Of a DNA stretch of 64,000 bases, positions 18,954 to 28,328 are shown in pieces (within the stretch, counting starts at the first letter, position 1; each line of letters begins with the position of its first letter). The position numbers and the translations under genes were made by a program. The DNA is from Candidatus Omnitrophota bacterium (GTDB taxonomy: Bacteria > Omnitrophota > Gorgyraeia > 2-01-FULL-45-10 > JAHFGN01): positions 10,062 to 74,061 of the forward strand of contig JAHFGN010000001.1 in the NCBI GenBank assembly GCA_023247415.1, in the 5' to 3' direction. The notes under the pieces are model-generated. The model made no database searches, was not told the DNA's origin, and saw only the letters and a list, made by a program, of their open reading frames with translations.

Positions 18954-21900
18954 ATGCATATGAAAAAAATTATAATTATTTTAGCTATAGCAGCATTTTT
19001 ATCTTCCAATATAGCGTTGGCTGAGCCGGCCAATACCCTCGCCCCGTCACTGCGATTCCAGAGTTCATTTCCACATGAGCGGCCACAGACGCAAGGCGAC
19101 TCTGTACTCTCCGACGTAAAATTATTCACCGTCCTATTTGCAATAGGTAAACAACTCCTGATCGATAACAGGCCTATCCGCGCCATTCCGCGCGCAATAA
19201 GAAATAAATTCGTATTCGATCCGTCATTTCTCGCGGGCATAGAACCTGATGGTATACGGCGGGATGGCAGTACGATAATCGTACCTTATTCGAAGGGCAC
19301 GAAGGATTATGAAATAAGGATAAGGCCGAAAGAGCTGTTGAAGGGATCGAGCGCCGGATGGAAGATCTCCGACAGATTCGGGGTGCAGGCTGTGGAAATC
19401 AAGAAAGCAGCCGCTGATTCCAGTTTCAGGATGGCGGCCGGGGGCGGCGGCCCATCTGCGCACCAGGATGCTCGAACAGCGATGCTGGCTGATGGCGGCT
19501 GGTCGCCGCTTCTTGAGGAGCTTCGATCCAGCCTGCAGCAGGCAGCGCAAAATCAGGACCAATCCAGGCTTTTCATCTTCCTGGACGCCTGCAATGAGGC
19601 CCAGGCGAGCGACCGAAAAAATCCGATCGAAAACCGATATCCGATACTGCATGCGGTAACCCTGCTTTCGAAAGAGGAGAAGCGTCAACTGATTGATATA
19701 TTACTTCAGCAGAACAATCAGGAGAAGCGTTACCAGTCAGCCGTAACAGATTCTATCCTTTTGATGCTGGCCAAAAACATCCCTCAGGAATGGCTGAACA
19801 GATGGGCCGGTAACATGGAAGGCCGCACCATCTGGGATGTATCCAGCGAGGCCTGGAATGCCGGCGGCGGTCTGGGCCGTGTCATACAGTATCGCGTCCT
19901 CGCCATGCTGAACCTCCTAAAAGGGCACAATACGCGCATTCGCACCGTCGAGCCGCACTATCAGGAAAATAGAGACGGCACAAAACTGTCCTACGAATCC
20001 CTCCCCCTGCCAATCGAGAATAAACAGAAGATAGACGAATTTGAAGTAAAGTTTGGGATGAAGAAGGCAAAGGCGATCTGTTATCGCGGCATAGTCCATT
20101 ATAAAGCGGAGGATAACCAGACATATGAAGTCGAGGCGTATCGGATTGAAGACGAAGGCGGGTACTATACAAAGTGCATGTATAAATACGGCTCGGGAGG
20201 CCATAATGACCCTATAGTCACATGGGAAGACTTCTCCGCGTTCTTCTCCACGGCATCCTTAGAACTGATGAAGCGCGTCGAAGAAAAAGAGATGAGAGAA
20301 AGACAGGGCAGAAAGCCCCCTGTCATCCACTTCAACGATTCCCAGTTAGCGCCCGCAGTGGAATATTACCTGCAGGATTATTACAGGGAACCCTCCTTGA
20401 GAGACGCCCTGGTTGTATTTCAAACGCACACTATACCAAACCGGCAGGACTATATTTGGGAAAGGGGAGTGCAGGCTGTGAAAGATATGGGCATACACGG
20501 CGAGGCCTATGCTAAAATTTGGCTGCACTTCGGGCATCACAGGCCAAAACAGGGAGGCGGTTGGGAGGCCGTTGTAGATTGGGCTTCAGCAGGCATACGC
20601 GACGCCGGTTTAGCGTTAGGCGTAAGCAGACAGCAGTTGAGTGTTATCGGCCCGTTTGATGAATGGAAAGTGGAAGAACAGGGGAAGCCGTATGTTGATC
20701 TTATTGCGGCGACAAACGGAGATCTGCGCGAATTGACAGCGATAGAGTTCAGGCGGATTATGCGGCAGGTATGCGGCAATGATGTCGATGTGGAGGAGCC
20801 GACCGTAGAACAGGTTTTAAAGACCAAACAAGCGGCAAAAAAGGCATTGGGGAGCGAGCTGAAGAGGTTGAAAAATAACACGATGTTAACATTAAACCCT
20901 GACCAGTATGTTGTATCTTATTCAGGAAGGCTTGTCCCTGAGAAGGTCAGCAGAACGCGGGCATTTACAAATGAAAATATCGAAGCGCTCGTAAAAATGG
21001 GTGTTCAAGTAATCATATACGGCAATGTTCAAAATAGCGATCCGAGCCGCGCGATAGAGCGAGAGCTGTTAGGCCTGGAAAGAGATCTTAAGGAAAAGGG
21101 TTATCTCGGGAAATTTATCTTCATCCCAAGTTTCACTCCGGGGGATCAGAGGCTGCTTCTGGCCGCAACAGATATTCAGGCGCAGGTTTCGGATCCAAAT
21201 ACCGAAGCCGCTGGCGCCACAGAATCTGATATTGCCGCCTGCGCCGGGTTAGAGCTCGCGCCGCACTGGCGTGAGGGGATATTGCAGGCCCAGGGCATTC
21301 CAATAAATCTGGATGAGACAGGCGAAGGCAGCATACTCATACCTCGGGAAGACAAGCCGGAATCATACCTGGAAATTTTGACCGGGGTTTTAAGCAAGAA
21401 ACCGCCGGAGCTCGCGGAATACCAGGCGACATCGGTTCGCTTAAGCCGCGTCTTAGAGGCTGTGCTCACATCGGCCGAGAATCTCAGGCAATACGACGCA
21501 GCCTTATCCAGGAGGGATATGAGCAGAAAAACGGCCAGTGGAGTGAGCGGGGTGATGAAAGAAATCCACAGGATCAACCTCGATATAGGCGTCTATCATG
21601 AAGCAGGCAGGACCTTCTGGCACGTGATACCGATAGAGCTTGTCCCGTATCCTATAAGGAATAAGTTTATAGATATTGTTGCCAGGATGAACCGCGATTA
21701 TCCGGACGCGCCTGAAAAGATAAAGATAGTGACTGAACACCAGGACCTGTTTGACATAGCAGGGAGGCTCTCGGCAGATAATGACGTAGACGTTGCCCTA
21801 TCCCGGCGCGGCGATATAGACAAACTGCCGGATGGAGTAAAGGCGCTCGTCTTTGAAGGCGAATTGGGAAACTTCAGACAGCTGGAGGGGGTGCTCGCCT

Positions 21901-22124
21901 GTTTGAGAGCGTTGTCCATAAAGAATAGCGCGGAAAGATCAGATAAGTTGTCAAGGCTTTATAAACTTTTGACCGGCGAAGATCCGAAAAAAATACCGGA
22001 TATATCCGACCCGAAAACATTTGCCCGAAACTTTATATTCATCCTGCCGCCCATTGCAGTCGAGAATTACGAATACCTGCGAAAGTTAAACTCCAACCTT
22101 CTCCACCTCATCGAATCCGCATAG
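18954..22124 (+). CDS. Giant-family protein (about 1056 aa): signal peptide, TLAP N-domain, GT-B glucan phosphorylase/glycogen-synthase-like domain, family C-module
   Basis: 'MKKIIIILAIAAFLSSNIALAEPANTLAPS' (leader). 'VSSEAWNAGGGLGRV' and 'YSGRLVPEKV' are GT5/GT35-like. The C-terminus 'FIFILPPIAVENYEYLRK' matches the family C-module. A sigma70 promoter and shared leader lie upstream. Confidence 0.75.
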   Translation: MHMKKIIIILAIAAFLSSNIALAEPANTLAPSLRFQSSFPHERPQTQGDSVLSDVKLFTVLFAIGKQLLIDNRPIRAIPRAIRNKFVFDPSFLAGIEPDGIRRDGSTIIVPYSKGTKDYEIRIRPKELLKGSSAGWKISDRFGVQAVEIKKAAADSSFRMAAGGGGPSAHQDARTAMLADGGWSPLLEELRSSLQQAAQNQDQSRLFIFLDACNEAQASDRKNPIENRYPILHAVTLLSKEEKRQLIDILLQQNNQEKRYQSAVTDSILLMLAKNIPQEWLNRWAGNMEGRTIWDVSSEAWNAGGGLGRVIQYRVLAMLNLLKGHNTRIRTVEPHYQENRDGTKLSYESLPLPIENKQKIDEFEVKFGMKKAKAICYRGIVHYKAEDNQTYEVEAYRIEDEGGYYTKCMYKYGSGGHNDPIVTWEDFSAFFSTASLELMKRVEEKEMRERQGRKPPVIHFNDSQLAPAVEYYLQDYYREPSLRDALVVFQTHTIPNRQDYIWERGVQAVKDMGIHGEAYAKIWLHFGHHRPKQGGGWEAVVDWASAGIRDAGLALGVSRQQLSVIGPFDEWKVEEQGKPYVDLIAATNGDLRELTAIEFRRIMRQVCGNDVDVEEPTVEQVLKTKQAAKKALGSELKRLKNNTMLTLNPDQYVVSYSGRLVPEKVSRTRAFTNENIEALVKMGVQVIIYGNVQNSDPSRAIERELLGLERDLKEKGYLGKFIFIPSFTPGDQRLLLAATDIQAQVSDPNTEAAGATESDIAACAGLELAPHWREGILQAQGIPINLDETGEGSILIPREDKPESYLEILTGVLSKKPPELAEYQATSVRLSRVLEAVLTSAENLRQYDAALSRRDMSRKTASGVSGVMKEIHRINLDIGVYHEAGRTFWHVIPIELVPYPIRNKFIDIVARMNRDYPDAPEKIKIVTEHQDLFDIAGRLSADNDVDVALSRRGDIDKLPDGVKALVFEGELGNFRQLEGVLACLRALSIKNSAERSDKLSRLYKLLTGEDPKKIPDISDPKTFARNFIFILPPIAVENYEYLRKLNSNLLHLIESA

Positions 22125-22236
22125 CGCATTAGTAACAGATTAGCGTAGAGAAGTATCCCGACGATGTCGTAGGGGACATTTAAATGTCCCCTACGACGGA
22201 AGCACTTCTTTTGGCTAATCTATTACGCGCATTAGC
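22124..22236. repeat. Long imperfect palindrome with perfect 30-bp core 'tcgtaggggacatttaaatgtcccctacga' (PAL-core variant), probable terminator
   Basis: The core at 22167-22196 is related to the PAL core 'cgtagggcagacttaagtctgccctacg'. The outer arms 'gcgcattagtaacagattagc' and 'gctaatctattacgcgcattagc' are partly complementary. Confidence 0.55.
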
Positions 22237-22270
22237 AGAATTAAGATTTAAAAAAGTTATATGTTGGCTA

Positions 22271-22324
22271 TTGACAATGTCTAATTTATCATTATACTTA
22301 TGTGGTTTTAAGTTAATAAAATAG
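22271..22324 (+). promoter_or_regulatory. Sigma70-type promoter (TTGACA-16-TATACT) plus conserved leader 'tATGTGGTTTtaaGTTAATAAAA' upstream of the 22359 giant gene
   Basis: -35 at 22271-22276 and -10 at 22293-22298. Confidence 0.55.
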
Positions 22325-22358
22325 TTTAACAAAGACATATATAAAAAGGAGCCAAAAG

Positions 22359-25300
22359 ATGAGTAAGCGGGCAATAGCCAAAATCGTATCTCTGCTGTTA
22401 ATTCCTTCTTTTTTCGCCTCTGATATCGCCTTTGCGGCGAATATCAGGGACGCGCTTGCGCCATATTCCGGTCTAGAGCTTGCAAATGGTAAGGATGAGG
22501 AAAATCCTGTCCTTGCCGCAAGGCAAAATAAGGTACGGGCCCTGGTGAAAGCGAAGATGGCAGAGTCTCTGGCAAGGGCCATGTATGGAAGGTTGAAGAA
22601 ACATAACGATATATCTGCCGAAGTTATAAGACAGACAGTTGCCGCTGATGTAAAGAACTGGAGCGTTATGCGCCAAGCGGCGAGCGGCAGCAGCATAACC
22701 GTTAAGAGATTTAGGGGCGCAGATAAGGAAATAGATAAAGGCAATACCTTTGTCATCGCAACCGGCGGCGGAGACTGCGCAGGGCTCAATCCAGCGATAG
22801 CGGCATTCATTCGCGAGATGCAGAAAGAGGGAAAAAACGTCCTGGGTGTTAAGGAGGGCTACAAAGGAGTCGCATCGCCGGAATTCTTGAAGAAGTACGC
22901 CGTCTTATTGGAAAATGAGGATGCCGGCCATATCCAAGGCCTGGCCTCTACGGTCCTCGCATCCTCCAGAGAGAATCCTTACGAGATAGATGCCGCCGGC
23001 GAATTAAAAGATCCGAATAGGATCGAAAACTGCCGGAAAAACCTCGATGGGTTCGCTGGATTCGCGATAATAGGCGGTGAGGACAATATGGGTGTCGCAG
23101 GGCAATTCTCTACGGATGAGAAATTGCCCAAGCAGGTAGCGGCCATTCCAAAGAGCATCGACAATGACGTGGATACGCAGATGCTCGGTTTCCATACAGC
23201 TTGGACTGAAGCGAGGGATATATTCTACGCGCCGCGCCTTGAGGGCGCGATGGCGCAAGCCGAGAAAGAATTTGATGAGATTATAGAAAGATTTGTAAGC
23301 ACAGCGGTATCCGCCGATGCCCACAAAAAATATAATGTGACGCTTGCGCAGGGCGACCAGGCCAAAAAAGCCGGCGCCTGGCTGGCCAACTTCATACACA
23401 GCGCGAATCCTAACGCCGACCCCATATTTCAGAGACTGCCTGCGCCGCTTAAGATTCACCTTCTGCATTTAAGGGATTCCATCGTGGTCCTGACCCCAGA
23501 CGAACCCCGCAGCCTAAAGGATATAGTGGCAACCTCATATAATATTTATAAGAAGAAACGGACGGCGAACGTCTTATTAGTCGATGGATTTGTGTTTGGC
23601 AAGGATGAAGATGGCTATACGAAAGAGGCTATAGCTAAGGACCATCTCCTAAAGGCGTTGTACGAAGGACAAGAACCGCCGTATGCCCCTGATTTTATTG
23701 AACACAAGGCGCATCTTGTGAGAAGGGGCATGATATACCACCTCGCAAAACTGCCTCATGCTAATGTGAAGGGCGGTCAAGATGTGCGGTTTTCAATGGT
23801 TGGACGGATGGATGTCAGTAGATCCAAGTATTCTGTGACTGAGATCATGGGCCGTAAGGCAGGATGGCTTGCCCTATATGCGGGATCGAAATATCCAAAG
23901 GACTTTGAGGAGCTGCCGATTGAACTGCAAAAGGCCGTCGAAGAGAAGAGGGCCCATGTGCTTATATTGACGCCGGAAAAGCCCGCGACTCTAAAAGAAA
24001 TTGTTGATGAGGCTGGCCGGATATGGAAGGATACAGGCCGATGCGACATATTAGTGGCAGAAGGGCTCTCTTTTTCTAAAGACGATGAGTATCTCAAAAA
24101 ATTACTTGAAAATAACAAAGTCCTGAATGCCTATTATGATGAGCAGGTGGTCCACCCTGCCTATGACAGCCACGGCCACCCGAAGTTGGAAGGCATAGGC
24201 TGGTTTGTGAGGTGGGCTATATCGCATTTTCTTCATGAAGAGCTGGCGTATATCCCTGAATGGAAGATGAGTTATGAATTAAGGGGGCTTGCGCCGGATG
24301 AGTATGACACGCGTTTAGGCGAGGCATTTGGAAGAAAGGCCGCAGAGCTTCTCTTATCCGGCTCAAGCGGCAAAGCTGTAACACTGCCTGATGGACTGGA
24401 ACCAATATACGAAAACATACAGGTTCGGCCGATAGCGGATGCAGTGCGGCAGAAGAACATAACAACACAGGTTGAACGCGGACTCCTCACCGAGGAAGAG
24501 TTGAGGCGGCAGGGCGTTTTTCAAAATTTACGCCGGGCAGCCAGCGGCAGCGCCAACGTAGAACGTTTCAAACGTGAAAGAGAGATTATTAAAAATATAT
24601 TGAAGGCGCAAAATATCAGCTTGCCAGCCGGCATAAGCGCAGGCGAGGTCCTCTCCATGCTAGAATTCGCTGACGCGAAGGGCCACGTCGCGATCGTCGC
24701 GCTCGACCAGGGAACGCTTATACAATGGGTGGATCCGAAGGCCGATAAAAAAGATCCGTCACAGGAGTCTATAGATAAAGGCACTGTGGTCAGGTTGACG
24801 ATCATGTACTATTTGGCCAATGGGATGCGAGCTAAAAACAGACGCGTCGGTTTTCTGCTGGATAAGCCCGCTTTGCAGGCAATCTCTAACGAAGGATCTG
24901 AAGGGGCTCGCGCCGCTAAACTGATCGCCAGAGGCACTCTGCCTCCGGATTTCATGGATGTTATAAAGGATATGCCGCTTGTGGCGCAGATAGAAGAAGC
25001 AAGAGGAGAGCGCGGAGTGGCAAAAGGCGTTTACTACACTGCCAAAAAGCGGGATGGCAACTTTAGCGTAGAAGAGGCGGTCAAGCTTGGCAGTCGCCTG
25101 ATAAAATCGAATGTCTTCTTCTATTGCGGCGGCGAACTGACAGAGGAAGAAAAGGAGTTTAATAAAAAACAGTGGGAGTTTATAGGAGAAGTCGCGAAGG
25201 AATGCCGGGAATTTGGCATAGGATATGTCAGTGAGCTCTTATATCTGGTGCCGCCGGAGATGTTAACGAGGCATAATACAGACGAGAAGTCATACAGGGC

Positions 25301-28300
25301 TACGCCGGAATTTATGAATGCCCACAAAGCGGCTACAATTATAGCGGCTGAAAGGATGCTCAAGATACCAGGCCTTACGCTTGCCAAATCAGCCCACCCA
25401 TATCCCGGAGAGGCCGGTTGGAAAAGTGTGAGCCCTGCTGAAAGGAAAGAAGCCCTCAAGCAGGTCGCCAATGTTGCTGGCAATAGATGGCTCATCTTAA
25501 GCGCGGATGAGCCTTGGGAGACATTCCGTCTTAAAGTAGAAGAAGCGGCTATATATGGTCAGATGGCAGGCATACTTGTCGGCCGTTCTCCCATTAAGAA
25601 CATCACACAAAAGGTTACAATAGACGGCAAGAATATAGATATGCTTAAGCCGGATGACGCAGTCAAGGATATTCTACAAACCGAAGGCGTGGAGAAACTA
25701 TTGGAGCTTCTCGGCTATATCGATAACGCGCCGGCGAACGTATGGAGAGGCCTCGGCTTCGGCGATAATTTCCATCCGCAAGCGATAAAAGATCAACTCG
25801 ACTATGCCCGCTATTCAGGAAGCGGTTTCACGTATGTCTATACGCCGGAGGACTTAATCGGAGATCCTGATGTTGTGAAAGGGCCTGAACAGGGATATAG
25901 CTGGGCAGGATACGGCATCTCAGCCTTTTTTGGGCTGGCGAAAAGGTTAATAGCGGAGATATGGTACCACTCTGTGCAGAAAGACGGACTTTCCAAGGTT
26001 CCTGGCGCAACACACGACAAGCTTCGTGAAGATATCGAAGGCGAGAAATCCGTATTCGCCAAGATTATGGGAAAAGACGAAACCCAGCCGCAGGTGGTTC
26101 ATATAGGCTTTAATGAGAAGATAGGGCCGGGCGGCGAACAGAAGCAACTATTTGTAGATCTGTGCGTAAGAGAGCGCAGATTGGTGAAAAGGCTAAAGAG
26201 AGAGTTGGAGAAATATATACATACCGAAGCCGAATTCGTTCGGTATCAAAAGGCATACGCGGCGTGGGTCAGCAGGCAGAGCGCTATCGGAGTCAAGTGG
26301 ACAAACCCCGGACTGCCAGAGCTTCCTGAGTTTATGGCGGGATTCGACATGCCAATATTCGAGGCGATACAAAATGTCAGGGCAGAGATAGTGCGCTATT
26401 TTAATGAGATCGAATTAAAGCCCGGACAGTTTATCCGTTCCCCGGTTGGATTTATCCATTCCATAGTTGGCTCTTATCAGGGGCATCCCTTGAGCGGCAA
26501 AAAGGCAAAGAATGAGGCGTGGTATATCTTCTCAATCGGCAAAGACGCCGAAGGACATGACAGGCTGCTGTATTTCGAGCCGCAGCAAACATCGAATACA
26601 ACCTATAGTCCGCTCGATTTTCCTACTCCTATAGTCTGGAAGAATGGAGGGGCGGAGATGAGAAAAGATATAGGCGCGGGGATAGATAAGGATATAGATG
26701 AATTGCTGCAAGACGGAGATAGCACGCCGGCGAATGATGAAGACGCGGTCAAAGTAATCGCCGAGAGGGCATTCTACTATAGGCCGGCAAACCCGGATGA
26801 GTTCGTAGTAAATAGCTTCGAAAATGTCACGAGCGGCGGGTTATACGCGTATCCGAAAAACGCGCGGGCAGAGTCTTTGATAGAAGGGAAAAACGCGTAT
26901 CCGAATTGGCCGGAAGACCTATTTACGCTTCACAGAATTATCTTAGTAGGCGACAGCAAGAAAAAAGAGTATGCCTTAATAACAGTCAGGCCGCCGCCAG
27001 AAGCGTATAGGTTCGACGAATTCTTCGTCATAAAAGGCAAGGTGAAGGCCAGGATAGGCGGGCAATGGTATCCGCAAGTTCTCGCTCCAGGGGCTTCTAT
27101 CTTAGTGACTGATCCGCGCAGCCAAATCGAGATACGGGCCGAAGGCGAGGCCGAGGTCCTAAGGCTGTATCATACAAAGCAAGGGCCATCACCGCGTTTG
27201 GCAAAAGCAGGCGAGGCTGTGGGGACTTCGAAAGCAGCGGAGTGGGTGAAACTTATTAAAGATCCAAATTCTTCTGAAGGCATCCGTCGTAAAGCAGCCG
27301 ATGATTTGGGCCTAATCGAATCTGTCCCGGAAGAGGCTGTCACAAGCCTTATTGAAATGTTAGACAGCGAAGACAAAGGAGTTCTAAAATATGTGGTTAT
27401 GGCATTAGGAAACATCAGGGTAAAGCGCGTTGTCCAAGGGCTTGTAGATATGCTTTCTCAAGAGGATTTTGACATGGAGGTGCGAATAGAACTTATTATC
27501 GCGCTGGGAAAAATCGGCGAACGTATGAGTGATGATTCGCAAATAAGAGCGGCCCTGGAAAATATTCTGAAGAATTTAAGCCAGATAGACCTTAACCATG
27601 CCGCCCGGTACACTCTGACTAATATGGACGCCGCTAAAAAGATGGCCGAACTCCTTAAAGATCGTACCAGCGCAAATGGAACTGATCTTCAACAGGAGAC
27701 GGCTGAAGAAGACGTAGAGACTAAAGTTGCCGGATGGAACAAAATTGATGCAGACTCCTTGCTGGGGACTCTCGCCGCCATCAGGGTAAGAAATGGGCAA
27801 TTGCGAAAGGGCCCTATCCTCATAGCCTATGACACCGGATTAGAGGAATTCCCCACCGGCCATGTAGCTCAGGCAGCGGATGCCAAGATAAATGAATATC
27901 TGGATGGAGGGCTCGTCAGTGTTCGCGGCACAGGGGAGAAGCTGCTTGAGGCCATTAAAGAGGTTGTCGCGGCTAAAGGTTTGAATCCAAAAGATGTGGT
28001 AGTCATAGCCGGAGACAATACCGCGGAGGCAGCGCGTAAATTTGGGACTGTCATCCATGTCAAAAATACAGATGGCCAGTTCCTGCCCATAATAGAATTC
28101 TACAACCTCGCGTTGAAGATACTATACGGCCTCGGCGAAGATGAGATCCTGGAATCCCTCAAGCGTATAGGCGGGGCGGAGTCATTCACAACAGAAGATG
28201 TGCGAAAGCTGTTTAGCGCGGGAATCATCAGGATACTGCCGAAGACGTTCCCGATAAGACATGCGGATGCTGTCGAGGCGTACAGAGCTACTCGCCGCGC

Positions 28301-28316
28301 GTTAGAATCGTTGTAA
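22359..28316 (+). CDS. Giant-family protein (1985 aa): signal peptide, TLAP N-domain, phosphofructokinase-like domain, DeoC/LacD/DhnA-type class I aldolase-like domain, HEAT-like repeats, family C-module
   Basis: 'ATGGGDCAGLNPAIAAF', 'IIGGEDNMG' and 'EIMGRKAGWLALYAG' are PFK GGD/MGR motifs. 'VAIVALDQG' is LacD/DhnA-like. The C-terminus is 'IIRILPKTFPIRHADAVEAYRATRRALESL'. An AAGGAG RBS sits 8 nt upstream. Confidence 0.8.
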   Translation: MSKRAIAKIVSLLLIPSFFASDIAFAANIRDALAPYSGLELANGKDEENPVLAARQNKVRALVKAKMAESLARAMYGRLKKHNDISAEVIRQTVAADVKNWSVMRQAASGSSITVKRFRGADKEIDKGNTFVIATGGGDCAGLNPAIAAFIREMQKEGKNVLGVKEGYKGVASPEFLKKYAVLLENEDAGHIQGLASTVLASSRENPYEIDAAGELKDPNRIENCRKNLDGFAGFAIIGGEDNMGVAGQFSTDEKLPKQVAAIPKSIDNDVDTQMLGFHTAWTEARDIFYAPRLEGAMAQAEKEFDEIIERFVSTAVSADAHKKYNVTLAQGDQAKKAGAWLANFIHSANPNADPIFQRLPAPLKIHLLHLRDSIVVLTPDEPRSLKDIVATSYNIYKKKRTANVLLVDGFVFGKDEDGYTKEAIAKDHLLKALYEGQEPPYAPDFIEHKAHLVRRGMIYHLAKLPHANVKGGQDVRFSMVGRMDVSRSKYSVTEIMGRKAGWLALYAGSKYPKDFEELPIELQKAVEEKRAHVLILTPEKPATLKEIVDEAGRIWKDTGRCDILVAEGLSFSKDDEYLKKLLENNKVLNAYYDEQVVHPAYDSHGHPKLEGIGWFVRWAISHFLHEELAYIPEWKMSYELRGLAPDEYDTRLGEAFGRKAAELLLSGSSGKAVTLPDGLEPIYENIQVRPIADAVRQKNITTQVERGLLTEEELRRQGVFQNLRRAASGSANVERFKREREIIKNILKAQNISLPAGISAGEVLSMLEFADAKGHVAIVALDQGTLIQWVDPKADKKDPSQESIDKGTVVRLTIMYYLANGMRAKNRRVGFLLDKPALQAISNEGSEGARAAKLIARGTLPPDFMDVIKDMPLVAQIEEARGERGVAKGVYYTAKKRDGNFSVEEAVKLGSRLIKSNVFFYCGGELTEEEKEFNKKQWEFIGEVAKECREFGIGYVSELLYLVPPEMLTRHNTDEKSYRATPEFMNAHKAATIIAAERMLKIPGLTLAKSAHPYPGEAGWKSVSPAERKEALKQVANVAGNRWLILSADEPWETFRLKVEEAAIYGQMAGILVGRSPIKNITQKVTIDGKNIDMLKPDDAVKDILQTEGVEKLLELLGYIDNAPANVWRGLGFGDNFHPQAIKDQLDYARYSGSGFTYVYTPEDLIGDPDVVKGPEQGYSWAGYGISAFFGLAKRLIAEIWYHSVQKDGLSKVPGATHDKLREDIEGEKSVFAKIMGKDETQPQVVHIGFNEKIGPGGEQKQLFVDLCVRERRLVKRLKRELEKYIHTEAEFVRYQKAYAAWVSRQSAIGVKWTNPGLPELPEFMAGFDMPIFEAIQNVRAEIVRYFNEIELKPGQFIRSPVGFIHSIVGSYQGHPLSGKKAKNEAWYIFSIGKDAEGHDRLLYFEPQQTSNTTYSPLDFPTPIVWKNGGAEMRKDIGAGIDKDIDELLQDGDSTPANDEDAVKVIAERAFYYRPANPDEFVVNSFENVTSGGLYAYPKNARAESLIEGKNAYPNWPEDLFTLHRIILVGDSKKKEYALITVRPPPEAYRFDEFFVIKGKVKARIGGQWYPQVLAPGASILVTDPRSQIEIRAEGEAEVLRLYHTKQGPSPRLAKAGEAVGTSKAAEWVKLIKDPNSSEGIRRKAADDLGLIESVPEEAVTSLIEMLDSEDKGVLKYVVMALGNIRVKRVVQGLVDMLSQEDFDMEVRIELIIALGKIGERMSDDSQIRAALENILKNLSQIDLNHAARYTLTNMDAAKKMAELLKDRTSANGTDLQQETAEEDVETKVAGWNKIDADSLLGTLAAIRVRNGQLRKGPILIAYDTGLEEFPTGHVAQAADAKINEYLDGGLVSVRGTGEKLLEAIKEVVAAKGLNPKDVVVIAGDNTAEAARKFGTVIHVKNTDGQFLPIIEFYNLALKILYGLGEDEILESLKRIGGAESFTTEDVRKLFSAGIIRILPKTFPIRHADAVEAYRATRRALESL

Positions 28317-28328
28317 AAATGCCTAAAA

